A stretch of DNA of 63,681 bases, the filler included, from Hausera hauseri (lineage: Eukaryota): assembly GCA_046269625.1 (NCBI GenBank). It is 12 parts of 12 records of this genome, joined end to end, with 100 filler letters (N's around TTAATTAATTAA, not from the genome) between each part and the next. Parts side by side here need not be neighbours in the genome. Positions count along the whole stretch, not along the records: positions 10,477 to 14,523 come from JBJURY010794868.1; positions 14,624 to 21,617 come from JBJURY010045331.1; 10 more parts are not named here. One strand, 5' to 3'. Both the position numbers and the translations under genes were made by a program. Of this stretch, positions 10,922-20,289 are shown one piece after another. Within the stretch, counting starts at the first letter, position 1. The number at the start of each line of letters is the position of its first letter. The notes under the pieces are model-generated. The model was not told the origin of the DNA. It saw only the letters and a program-made list of their open reading frames with translations, and did no database searches.

Positions 10922-12857
10922 GAAGGCCATTCTCCAATTTCTAGCAGCTGAAAACTTTCTTTCGCCGTATTTACAGTTAAAGCAGTAACAAAGTTACCAA
11001 CAACTCGCCACATAGATTTCCTAGTCGATTTAGGTGCAGCAATTACTTTACTGCCACGCATCTTTCCAACTCAACACATTTCATCCAACTATAAACTTCT
11101 ATATACAGCTTCCGGACAACCGCTACATGTTTCCGGTACTTGTAGGCTTTCTTTTACCCTTCCGAAATTCACTCCAACGTTCCACTGGACGTTTACCGTT
11201 GAAAACCTCCAGACAGCCATTTTAGATTCCGACATTCTCTTGCACTATAATTTCCTTGTCGATTGCAAAGAACGTTGCTTAACAAGTGGTTGCAATAAGG
11301 AGCGAGTCGATCACGCCGATACCATTTCGGCTGTCGTGTGGATAAATGCAACTCGAAAACTGATATTAAAAAAACCGTTGAACAAACCTTTTTTATACAA
11401 TTATGGTACCTTGTTTTATAAGTTGTTGAATAATATTACGGACGACTGGATTTTGCACGGCGATGAGCATGATTCCTTTACCACTGCCAAATCATTAGAT
11501 AAAACTACCACCTACAATACCATTTTCAATGCTACCATCCTGCATCAAATACCACTTCATTCAAAAAGACTGGTCTTTTACATCAGCCAATACCACTTTT
11601 CACCACATTGTGACAGAACATCAAAGACCTATCCGCCAAAAAGTGCGTCCATTATCTCCTCATCGTAGACAGACCGCTGAAGCCGAATTTCTAGAGCTCG
11701 AATGTTCCGGCATTGTACGTCGCTCAAATTCCCATAGTCGTCGTCATTACATGTCGTGCAAAAGAAGGAAGAAAATTTTAGACAATGTGGTGATTATCGT
11801 CAGTTGAACACTTTGACAATATTTGATGCATACTCGCTACCACTCATTAAGAATATCTTACACAGTCTTAATAACACCACAATTTATTCTACCATTAATT
11901 TCTTCAAAGCCTACCACCAAATTCCGGTATATCGACGACACATTAATTGTTTCCCTTTGGATCCAATAACAGGAGGAACTTTTACAACAGCATAAGCTGC
12001 AGATCAATTTCTCCAAATGTCACTTTTCCAGAAGCGTATAAATTTCCTTGGACACATTATTTTTTTGAAGGTCACTCGCCTCAGCTCGATCGAGTTGAAG
12101 CCCTAAAAAATGTGCAGCTACCTCGAACAAAAACAGAAATGAGGAGCTCTTGGGGAACTTTGCACTTCGCTCACAAGTATATGCCGTACTGCTCTGAACT
12201 TACGCACCATTTGCTCACCTCAGTGATGAAAAAAACACCAACCAATACAATGGACTTCTGAACTAGTAAGCAAATTCGAAAGGCTAAGAGGTTTGAAAAC
12301 AGTCGAAATATTAGCTTTCCCTAAGCATGACGCACAGCTTACACTTACTACAGACGCCTCTAGTACCGCCATAGGGTCTATACTACACCAGATTCATAAA
12401 GGCAAAAATTAGCCGTTTTAGTTCTTTTCAGGCAAACTAACACCCCCTAAAACCAAATACTCTACATTCGACCGAAAACTACTAGCGAGTGTTTTTATCT
12501 TAAAACATTTTTCACAGCTGCTTACTGCTCGGCGCTTCACCATACAAACTGACCATAAACTCTTAATAAACATCATGGGAATGAAACATCCTTCTACTCG
12601 ACAGGAACGACAGATTTCGTACTTGTCGACATTTAATTTGGAAATAAAACATCAACGGCGTTAACAACTTAGTCGCCGACTTTTCATCTCGGCCAATTAG
12701 CTCAATTAACTTTAAGCCCATTTTTACTCAAAGCCAGCTTCCCGAAAACCAACCACCCCAAGACGTCCTTAGATCTTTTAGTTCCTGCAATATCGTCCAT
12801 GGTGTAGCTTTCGATACGTCTAAACCAGTACAGTCTAAAGTAACCTTAGCTTCTGCC

Positions 12858-13874
12858 TTGCAAAAACAGGCATTCAACAGGGTACATTCTCTACATCAAC
12901 CCGGTGCTAAGGCCACCTTTCGCTTGCATCACCGACAAGTAATCTGGCCGTCTATGCGTTCTGATGTGCAATCGTGGGTTAAGGAATGTGTGTCCTGCCA
13001 AAAATTTAAAACCATCAAGCATTTGAAACTACCACTATATCATTTCCCTTGCACATCACGTTTCGAGTCCGTACATATTGATCTTGTCGGTCCTCTCCCT
13101 CCTGACAACGGTCATCAGTTCATTTTGATTATGATGGATCGTTCCTCACGTTGGCCAGAAGCCGTCCGTCTGCGAAGCACTAACACGGACACAATAGCCG
13201 ACGTTTTCATACGCACTTGGACCAGCAGGTTTGCATCCCCTAGGTTCATTATTACGGACCAAGGTACTCAGTTTGAGTCAAACTTGTTTAAATCACTGGT
13301 TAACTGATTAGGAATCAGCGATATACACACAACACCATATCATCCCCAATCAAATGATCTTCTAGAGAGATTCCACAGAACACTTAATACGTCACTGAGA
13401 ATCCTCTCTGAATCCAATAGCAGTTGGACAGCCCTTCTTCTGTTAGTTTTACTGGGTTGGTGAAACACTCCTTCCACTTCTACAGGTTGTTCACCTACGG
13501 AAGCCCTATTCGGAGAACCCGTGCGTTCATTATTTGCGTTAACTGCCTTGGAAGATACACCTACAGACGAAGCTATCCGAACTGCACAGAGCCACTTTGT
13601 CTCAGTCAGCAAAGATTCATTCTACAGAATAATACATAACAAAAAACCTTACCTACCCGATAATTTATATTCTGCAAGGTTTGTCTGGCTGAGAAATCAG
13701 ACGCTGTGCGGTTTGCAACCACGGTATCTGGAGCTCTACAAAATTGTTCAATTGAACTCTCACAATGCCATTATTTCTAAAGACGATAAGGAACTAGCGG
13801 TGCATATCAACAACGTTAAGCCTGCCTTTTTCGTAGACGATACCCCAAAATTGAATCTTCTAACTCCTTTCTGA
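12858..13874 (+). pseudogene. Gypsy integrase, interrupted
   Basis: HSLHQPG..CVSCQK, FESVHIDLVGPLP, MMDRSSRWPEA, ITDQGTQFES, YHPQSNDLLERFH, and a GPY/F-like tail; in-frame stops. Confidence 0.9.
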
Positions 13875-14255
13875 CTCTTCCGCCTTTTCCCCTTTCAGTT
13901 CCTCCACCACCTGCACCCCTTTCCATTCCCCTAACCCGAACTCCACTTCTACAAACTTTACAACCTTTACCTCCCTTTCCCTTGCATCCCCTCCTCCAAC
14001 TCCTTATTCGTTCTTAAACGACACAACACCTTACACGACGAAATCCGACATTTGTATACCTCAATCACCTCAGCAAGCAGATTCAAAAACATTAAAAATG
14101 CGCAAATCAGTCACATTTAGTACCTACAGTAAGGAGATTAACACTGCAGAGGTACAACGTCTTATTTATACAAAGACCACTTAGACAACCTACACCGTTT
14201 CTACACATTTTCCCTTTCTTACCTCTTTAGTCGTTGCTTTGTCACGGGGAGATGA

Positions 14256-14523
14256 TGTTGTGCCCAATAAGGACTTGTAAATACACTGTTATTGTTTTTT
14301 TCTTTTACTGTTATTTGTTTTTGTAATTGCAGACGAGTTAATGCACTTTTGTCATTTTATCTCGTCGTGTCAGATTTTAGCTATGTGTACGATGAGCTGC
14401 CGGTCATTTCCCGTTTGTTTCCAATAACAATTCTTCATCAGTACCCTCGACGACGTGTTCCCAAAATAAATCTTGCTTTCCCGAATTAATGTCATTCAAC
14501 TCCATGGGTCCCGATAATAGCGC
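14256..14523 (+). repeat. 3' LTR of Gypsy copy A, truncated by the gap
   Basis: Begins with TG directly after a polypurine tract downstream of the integrase; AATAAA near 14465. Confidence 0.6.
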
Positions 14524-14899
14524 NNNNNNNNNNNNNNNNNNNNNNNNNNNNNNNNNNNNNNNNNNNNTTAATTAATTAANNNNNNNNNNNNNNNNNNNNN
14601 NNNNNNNNNNNNNNNNNNNNNNNGCCTTGGTCTCAATGACCTGGAAGGGACTTCTTTTGGCTTTTCCCTTTTCAGGGTTAGCAACGTTGGTTACGTATTG
14701 TAACCCCAGATTCTATGAATGTAGGCGTAGCCCTTTAAGCCACACCTATGGGTTTATCCCTGCGCTTCGCGCCAACACTGAAAACTTCAAGTCCACGCCC
14801 ACCTGCTGTGGGCCACACCTCGGTCTACTATAAAAGTCACCCCTGACCGAGACACTGCTCCCAAAAAAATTTTCAAACCAACTACGAAGACTTCAGAAC

Positions 14900-16471
14900 A
14901 TGTTTACCAGACCGCCTTTCAGAAGATGCACGGCATGCGTCAGCGGGGTCATCCTAGCGGAGGACAAACACCCGCTCTGCGAATCATGCCTCGGAGCCGA
15001 CCACGCCCGACAGGCCATGGACCGGCCCCCCACCTGCCGAGCTTGCCAGCTCCTGTCGACGGAGGAAAAGCAGCGCCGGCTCGACCTCTTTCCACAGCCG
15101 GAAATGATGGTTCGACCGAGGGAGGACACGCCATTCTGCTTTGGTTTCGAGCAGATGATTGACTACGCGTCCTCGGGGGTAGCTAGTGCGACCGGTCCGC
15201 TTTCTCCCGAAGGTTCGGACCCGGCTTCGCCTTTCCTCCGCCCGCCGGAGATGACTAGCAGCCGTGCCCCGCCATCTCCCCAGGGAGGCGCGGGACCGGC
15301 AATACCCTCCACCGTGGGAGCAGTCGGGGCCACGGAAGTGGCCGCCATGTCCGACGCACCGGGCCCAGTTTGTCCACCTGAAGGACCAGCCCAAGCGTCC
15401 GACCGACCTTCATACGCTGCGTCGTGCAGCAGCCAAGCACCATCTCCGCAGTTCGACTTGAGTGAGCAGGACGCGCACGGCTCGCTGGACAGCGCGCTGC
15501 CGGAATTAATCAGGTGGGCAGCCAGCGCGTGGGGCATGCCGGTCCCTGAAGGCACCACGCAGCCATCCTCATCACGCCTGGCGGGAAGGTTTGCTGCTAA
15601 GGCGGGGGCCCAGACGCAGTCCATCTGGCCCTGCGCTCCTGAAATCCTCAGCCTGCTGCAAGCCGAAAACAACGACCCACTAAAGAACAAAGCTCCGGTC
15701 TTGTCGTTTGTGCGGGCGACGAAGGTCCAGGGGCTGACGGACGTGGCGTTCCCTCCGGTACCGCCGCTGGAGCCCAGCTTGTCCGCGGTGTTTGGACTCA
15801 AGCCTGCGAAACATGTGGGTAAGACTGTTTCACCACCGTCAGCGGCGGACCAGTTTTCAACAAAAATGCAGGACCGCATTCATAAATGCTCAGCGCAGGT
15901 GGGTGCTGCGGCCAACATCATAGCGCTCCTAGCGTTCAGCGTCGGGCGGGAGCCGACGCACGAGGCGGCAGGAGCAGCCCTCGACGCCATTACCAACATG
16001 TGCGAGGTGCTGGCGACTTGCTCAGCGCGGATCTCAGCATGGACTACGCTCCTCCAGAGACAAGTCTGGCTGAAGCTTTCTCACTCCATCCCAGAGGAGG
16101 TGAAAAAACAGCTGCTGGAGGGGCCGATTTCGTCGCAAGGTCTGTTCGGAGCGCACTACCAGACCGTCTTCGAGCAGCTACGCTCTTCCTCCGAAGCCCT
16201 CGAGCAGGTACGGAAGCATGCACCGTCGCCTCGGGCGGACCCACGCGCAGCGCGTGGACCGGTACGCCCACGGGAGCAGGGCAGAGCGTACCGCAGCCAA
16301 CAGAGGTTTTCTTCGCCCTCTCTGACCTTCACCACCCCGCACCCTGCTACACCGAGGAACCACCCGTCCCAGTACTCCCAGAGACCTGGGAGCTCCAGGG
16401 GGAAGAGCCGCCAGCAACCCCCGTGGGCCGGTCAGCACCAGACCACGAGAAGAGACCAGTTAAAGAAATGA
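14900..16471 (+). CDS. gag: DIRS ORF1 Gag-like protein
   Basis: N-terminal CxxC..DKHPLCESCLGADH..CRAC zinc motif and C-terminal QRQVWL..LLEGPIS..GLFG, typical of vertebrate DIRS1 gag. Confidence 0.9.
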   Translation: MFTRPPFRRCTACVSGVILAEDKHPLCESCLGADHARQAMDRPPTCRACQLLSTEEKQRRLDLFPQPEMMVRPREDTPFCFGFEQMIDYASSGVASATGPLSPEGSDPASPFLRPPEMTSSRAPPSPQGGAGPAIPSTVGAVGATEVAAMSDAPGPVCPPEGPAQASDRPSYAASCSSQAPSPQFDLSEQDAHGSLDSALPELIRWAASAWGMPVPEGTTQPSSSRLAGRFAAKAGAQTQSIWPCAPEILSLLQAENNDPLKNKAPVLSFVRATKVQGLTDVAFPPVPPLEPSLSAVFGLKPAKHVGKTVSPPSAADQFSTKMQDRIHKCSAQVGAAANIIALLAFSVGREPTHEAAGAALDAITNMCEVLATCSARISAWTTLLQRQVWLKLSHSIPEEVKKQLLEGPISSQGLFGAHYQTVFEQLRSSSEALEQVRKHAPSPRADPRAARGPVRPREQGRAYRSQQRFSSPSLTFTTPHPATPRNHPSQYSQRPGSSRGKSRQQPPWAGQHQTTRRDQLKK

Positions 16472-16498
16472 CGGTGTGCAGGGGATGCTTTCTGCAAC

Positions 16499-19400
16499 TT
16501 GTTTAATGTCGCTAATAAAGATTCTGTTACACAAAACAGTGTTTTTTATTCAGACATGATGGTTGTTTCTTCTCCGAAGTTCGTGAACGCATCTCCAAAC
16601 ACAGGTAACAAACAAACGGTTTTTTCCACTCAAGATTTCGCCCCCGCTCTCTCCGCAGCGGTGGGGGCGCGCTCACGTGACTTTCAGACACCGAGCACCA
16701 CATCTTTCAAACGAGTCAGAGAAAACGATGCATTCTTTCAAAATGTTAACTTTCATGAGCCTGGTCTGGACGCACTAATACCAGCCAGGACTTTTTCGCC
16801 TGTTTCTGTGACCAAACAAACAGTGGGTGATGTCGCTGACTCGCCTGAGGTTGAACGTTTTTCATGCCGGCACGATTCAAGTGCTTGCCAATGCTGCACC
16901 CGTGCGGCGACGTGCAGCAAACGTCCCTTTCCAGCTGGGCCTCCCTTGGGCCAATGCGGATTTCTTCCACTTGGCGGCGGTAGAGGCCAGCTTATTTTCT
17001 CTCATGCAACAGAATCCTCTGGCCACACCATTGACAAACCACAGTGCAGCGTGGTTTCAAATGTGTCCCTTGAACAGCTGGTTACGACGTCTGATTCGCA
17101 GAGGTTACACTCTGCAATTTGCAGAGACGCCTCCCAGGTTCAATGGAGTTTTGGAAACAAAACTCACATCGCCTGCACAGGGCGAGGCGCTGCGAGTGGA
17201 ACTTCTGGAACTATTGGCGAAACACGTCATTTCCGGGGTTCCCCCGGGAGAGGAAATGACCGGTTTCTACTCGAGATATTTCCTGGTTCCCAAGAAATCA
17301 GGCGGGCTCAGGCCGATTTTAGATTTATCAACGTTCAACAACTACATCATGAAACGTCCCTTTCATATGCTGACAGTGAAGCGCCTGCTCGAGCAAGTGA
17401 CACGGGGGGACTGGTTTGTGTCGATCGATCTCAGAGACGCATACTTTCATGTGCCGATCGTCACCAAACACAGGAAGTTCCTCAGGTTCGCTTTTCAGGG
17501 GACATGCTACGAGTTCAATCGCCTGCCGTTCGGATACGCGCTGGCGCCAAGGACCTTCACGAAAATCATCGAAGCAGCATTGGAACCGCTGCGCTCGAGG
17601 GGCATCAGGATCCTCTATTACATCGACGATCTATTGCTCCTGTCTCGCTCCAAAGAGGAAGCTGCTGCACAGACGGTGATTTTGGTGAGTCATTTATCCC
17701 GGTTAGGCTTTGCCATAAACTGGGAGAAAAGCTCTGTTTTCCCCACCCAGCAGATAGTTTTTCTGGGAATCAACCTCTGTTCTTTGAGCATGACGGCGGT
17801 CCTGTCGGATCAGAGGAAGGCCTCGCTAACGTCACTCCTTCAGCGTGTCCGTCCCCACAGGCTAGTCACAGCGATCACAATTATGCGGCTGTTAGGAATG
17901 ATGGCCGCCGGCCATGTGGTAGTAAAATTGGGTCTTTTACACATGCGAAGGTTACAGAGGTGGTTTATTCGCCAGAGAGTAGACCCGGTTCGTCACAAAG
18001 GACGCCGACTCATGGTTCCTCCGTCGGTGACAGAGGACTTGGTGTTCTGGGGGAACCCCAGGTCTCTGTCGAGTGGGGTTCCCCTGGGCAAAGTGACGTC
18101 ATTCAGGACGGTTTTCACAGATGCGTCTCTCACCGGATGGGGGGGCACATGTCAGTTTCAAACGGTGAGCGGGACGTGGCCGCCCGGTACGTCTCTCCAC
18201 ATAAACGTGTTGGAGCTGTTGACTGTTTTCAAGGTTCTGAAACATTTTGCTCATATGCTCCGGGACCAGGATGTTCTCGTCCACACGGACAACAGAACAG
18301 CCGCAGCTTACGTAAACCGCGAGGGCGGGGTGCGTTCAGCCCAGCTGTTGGCCACGGCCAGACAACTGCTCTGCTGGGCGCACGCTCATCTGAAATCATT
18401 GAAGGCTGTTTACATCCCAGGCGTGCAAAACAAGGGGGCCGATATCATGTCGAGGGGGGGTCCTCTGGACAGAGACTGGATGTTACACCCGGACCTCAGC
18501 TCACTTATTTGGGGCAGGTTCGGGAGGGCGGAGGTGGATTTGTTTGCCACACGGGAGAATGCACAGTGCCCCCTGTTCTTCTCCCTGAGTCCCCACGACA
18601 ATCCACCATTGGGGGTGGATGCCTTCGCCCACAGACCTTGGCCAAAGACGCTTATTTATGCCTTTCCCCCAGTCTCTCTGTTGACGGCATTGTTGGAGAG
18701 GGTGAGAGTGGAAGGAGTATCAGTGATCCTGATTGCTCCGGAGCGCGTGAACGCACCGTGGTTTCCGGTCCTGCAACGGCTGGCAGGCCGATCTTGGAAA
18801 CTTCCTTGGAGAGGCGACGCTCTTCTGCAGGCAGGGGGAGTGATAAGGAGCCATCCTGTGATAGGTCAGCACCTGTGGGCTTGGATGCTGAACGACATCG
18901 TTTAGAATACCTTGGGTTTTCCAAAGAGGTCATTAACACCATTCAAGGTTCTCGCGCATGCTCCACGACGGCTGTTTATGCTTCGAAGTGGGCTGCTTTT
19001 CAACGCTGGTGCATGGACAAACAGCTAGACCCGTGTTCATGTCATTTGGGCTCCATTTTGTCATTTTTACAGTCACTGTTGGACAGAAATTTGGCCTTCA
19101 GCACCATTAAAACATATGCTGCAGCTATTTCATCTTGTCACGAGGGGTTTAATGACAGAACAGTGTTTAGTCACCCCCTGATGAAACGGTTTTTGAAGGG
19201 TGTTCGCCGTCTCAGACCGGTTTCTCGCACCCTTGCTCCTCAGTGGGACCTAGTCACTGTGCTGAGTATGTTAATTAGAGGCCCTTTTGAGCCACTAAAT
19301 GAGGTCCCACTAAAGTTCCTGTCACTCAAAACAGCTATGTTGTTAGCTCTTACTTCAGCTAAAAGAGTGAGTGATCTTTCTGGACTGTCTGTTTCTCCTT

Positions 19401-19930
19401 CTTTCTTAAAAATTCAGGGAGATGGAAGCTCTGCTGAGCTCAGGCCTAATCCAACGTTTATACCAAAGGTCATAACGAGTTCATTCTCATCCAGAATCAT
19501 CACACTGGATGGGTTTTGCCTTCCTCCTCACGCAAAGCCGGAGGAGGAGCAGCTACATCTGCTTTGTCCAGTTCGAGCTCTCAGATGTTATGTGGATCGC
19601 ACGGCTGCGATACGTAAATCTGATAGGCTCTTTGTACATTTCAGAGGTCGTTCTCAGGGTCAGCCTTTGACTCCTCAGCGGTTGTCTCATTGGTTGTGTG
19701 AGACCATCTCACAGGCCTACAGTTCTGCTGGTCGACAGCCTCCTGAGGGCATTAAAGCTCATTCTACCCGAGGGGTAGCGACCTCTACAGCTTTGCTCAG
19801 TGGCCTCTCAGTTCAGGAGATCTGCTCTGCAGCCTCTTGGTCATCAGCGACCCCATTTATCCGTTTTTATTTGCGAGATGTTTCCAGCTCCTCTTTGACA
19901 CATTCTGTTCTCAGGGTTGCAGCGGAATAA
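16499..19930 (+). CDS. DIRS tyrosine recombinase ORF overlapping the whole RT-RH ORF in another frame
   Basis: C-terminal ~340 aa: SAM-like YASKWAAFQRWC, catalytic R (SAKRVSDL), LCPVRAL, HSTR, AASW and FIRFY. Confidence 0.92.
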   Translation: MFNVANKDSVTQNSVFYSDMMVVSSPKFVNASPNTGNKQTVFSTQDFAPALSAAVGARSRDFQTPSTTSFKRVRENDAFFQNVNFHEPGLDALIPARTFSPVSVTKQTVGDVADSPEVERFSCRHDSSACQCCTRAATCSKRPFPAGPPLGQCGFLPLGGGRGQLIFSHATESSGHTIDKPQCSVVSNVSLEQLVTTSDSQRLHSAICRDASQVQWSFGNKTHIACTGRGAASGTSGTIGETRHFRGSPGRGNDRFLLEIFPGSQEIRRAQADFRFINVQQLHHETSLSYADSEAPARASDTGGLVCVDRSQRRILSCADRHQTQEVPQVRFSGDMLRVQSPAVRIRAGAKDLHENHRSSIGTAALEGHQDPLLHRRSIAPVSLQRGSCCTDGDFGESFIPVRLCHKLGEKLCFPHPADSFSGNQPLFFEHDGGPVGSEEGLANVTPSACPSPQASHSDHNYAAVRNDGRRPCGSKIGSFTHAKVTEVVYSPESRPGSSQRTPTHGSSVGDRGLGVLGEPQVSVEWGSPGQSDVIQDGFHRCVSHRMGGHMSVSNGERDVAARYVSPHKRVGAVDCFQGSETFCSYAPGPGCSRPHGQQNSRSLRKPRGRGAFSPAVGHGQTTALLGARSSEIIEGCLHPRRAKQGGRYHVEGGSSGQRLDVTPGPQLTYLGQVREGGGGFVCHTGECTVPPVLLPESPRQSTIGGGCLRPQTLAKDAYLCLSPSLSVDGIVGEGESGRSISDPDCSGARERTVVSGPATAGRPILETSLERRRSSAGRGSDKEPSCDRSAPVGLDAERHRLEYLGFSKEVINTIQGSRACSTTAVYASKWAAFQRWCMDKQLDPCSCHLGSILSFLQSLLDRNLAFSTIKTYAAAISSCHEGFNDRTVFSHPLMKRFLKGVRRLRPVSRTLAPQWDLVTVLSMLIRGPFEPLNEVPLKFLSLKTAMLLALTSAKRVSDLSGLSVSPSFLKIQGDGSSAELRPNPTFIPKVITSSFSSRIITLDGFCLPPHAKPEEEQLHLLCPVRALRCYVDRTAAIRKSDRLFVHFRGRSQGQPLTPQRLSHWLCETISQAYSSAGRQPPEGIKAHSTRGVATSTALLSGLSVQEICSAASWSSATPFIRFYLRDVSSSSLTHSVLRVAAE
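16827..18905 (+). CDS. pol: DIRS reverse transcriptase / RNase H / methyltransferase-like protein
   Basis: FYSRYFLVPKK, LRPILDL, IDLRDAYFH, LPFG, YIDD; RNase H FTDAS, HINVLEL, HTDN, ADIMSR; MT-like VDLFA..YAFPP. True start codon uncertain. Confidence 0.95.
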   Translation: MMSLTRLRLNVFHAGTIQVLANAAPVRRRAANVPFQLGLPWANADFFHLAAVEASLFSLMQQNPLATPLTNHSAAWFQMCPLNSWLRRLIRRGYTLQFAETPPRFNGVLETKLTSPAQGEALRVELLELLAKHVISGVPPGEEMTGFYSRYFLVPKKSGGLRPILDLSTFNNYIMKRPFHMLTVKRLLEQVTRGDWFVSIDLRDAYFHVPIVTKHRKFLRFAFQGTCYEFNRLPFGYALAPRTFTKIIEAALEPLRSRGIRILYYIDDLLLLSRSKEEAAAQTVILVSHLSRLGFAINWEKSSVFPTQQIVFLGINLCSLSMTAVLSDQRKASLTSLLQRVRPHRLVTAITIMRLLGMMAAGHVVVKLGLLHMRRLQRWFIRQRVDPVRHKGRRLMVPPSVTEDLVFWGNPRSLSSGVPLGKVTSFRTVFTDASLTGWGGTCQFQTVSGTWPPGTSLHINVLELLTVFKVLKHFAHMLRDQDVLVHTDNRTAAAYVNREGGVRSAQLLATARQLLCWAHAHLKSLKAVYIPGVQNKGADIMSRGGPLDRDWMLHPDLSSLIWGRFGRAEVDLFATRENAQCPLFFSLSPHDNPPLGVDAFAHRPWPKTLIYAFPPVSLLTALLERVRVEGVSVILIAPERVNAPWFPVLQRLAGRSWKLPWRGDALLQAGGVIRSHPVIGQHLWAWMLNDIV

Positions 19931-20187
19931 GGTTTTTTCGTTTGCCATTATCAATAAAATTTTGATTAAATGGCACACTTGTTTCTTGTCCTTCTTTAAG
20001 GGGTTATTCAGGTCAGGCGTTTTTTCTTTCAGTTGAAGGTTCGCTTGGTCCTGATGCTGCAAATCTCTTGATTTACGTTCATTCAGCTTTAGCTGTTCAC
20101 CTGCTGTTTCATCTTGTGGGTCGCGGTTGTCAAGGGTTGGTTCCAGTCAGACCCAGTGAGGCATGGACCATATCTTGCTCCGCCTTT

Positions 20188-20289
20188 AACCCATAGGTGT
20201 GGCTTAAAGGGCGTAGCCTACATGAAATAGAACGTTGGTTACGTATTGTAACCCCAGATTCTATGAATGTAGGCGTAGCCCTTTAAGCC
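20188..20289. repeat. DIRS internal complementary region (ICR)
   Basis: The first half is complementary to the left terminus. Central ggttac..gtaacc hairpin. 20231-20289 is identical to 14683-14741. Confidence 0.85.

Larger units (their letters stand above)
10477..14523 (+). mobile_element. Gypsy/Ty3 LTR retrotransposon, CsRn1-like clade, degenerate copy A
   Basis: gag C-terminus with CHCC motifs, PR (IDFLVDLGA), RT (CGDYRQLN, KAYHQIP), RNase H (LTTDAS, QTDHK), integrase (HH-CC, VHIDLVGPLP, ITDQGTQFES), then PPT ggggagatga at 14246-14255 followed by TG. Confidence 0.92.

Noticed and set aside
15163-15879. Long antisense ORFs within DIRS, ingi and ERV genes (also 46168-46590, 48244-48810)
   Set aside because: Expected shadows of GC-rich coding sequence, with no motifs.
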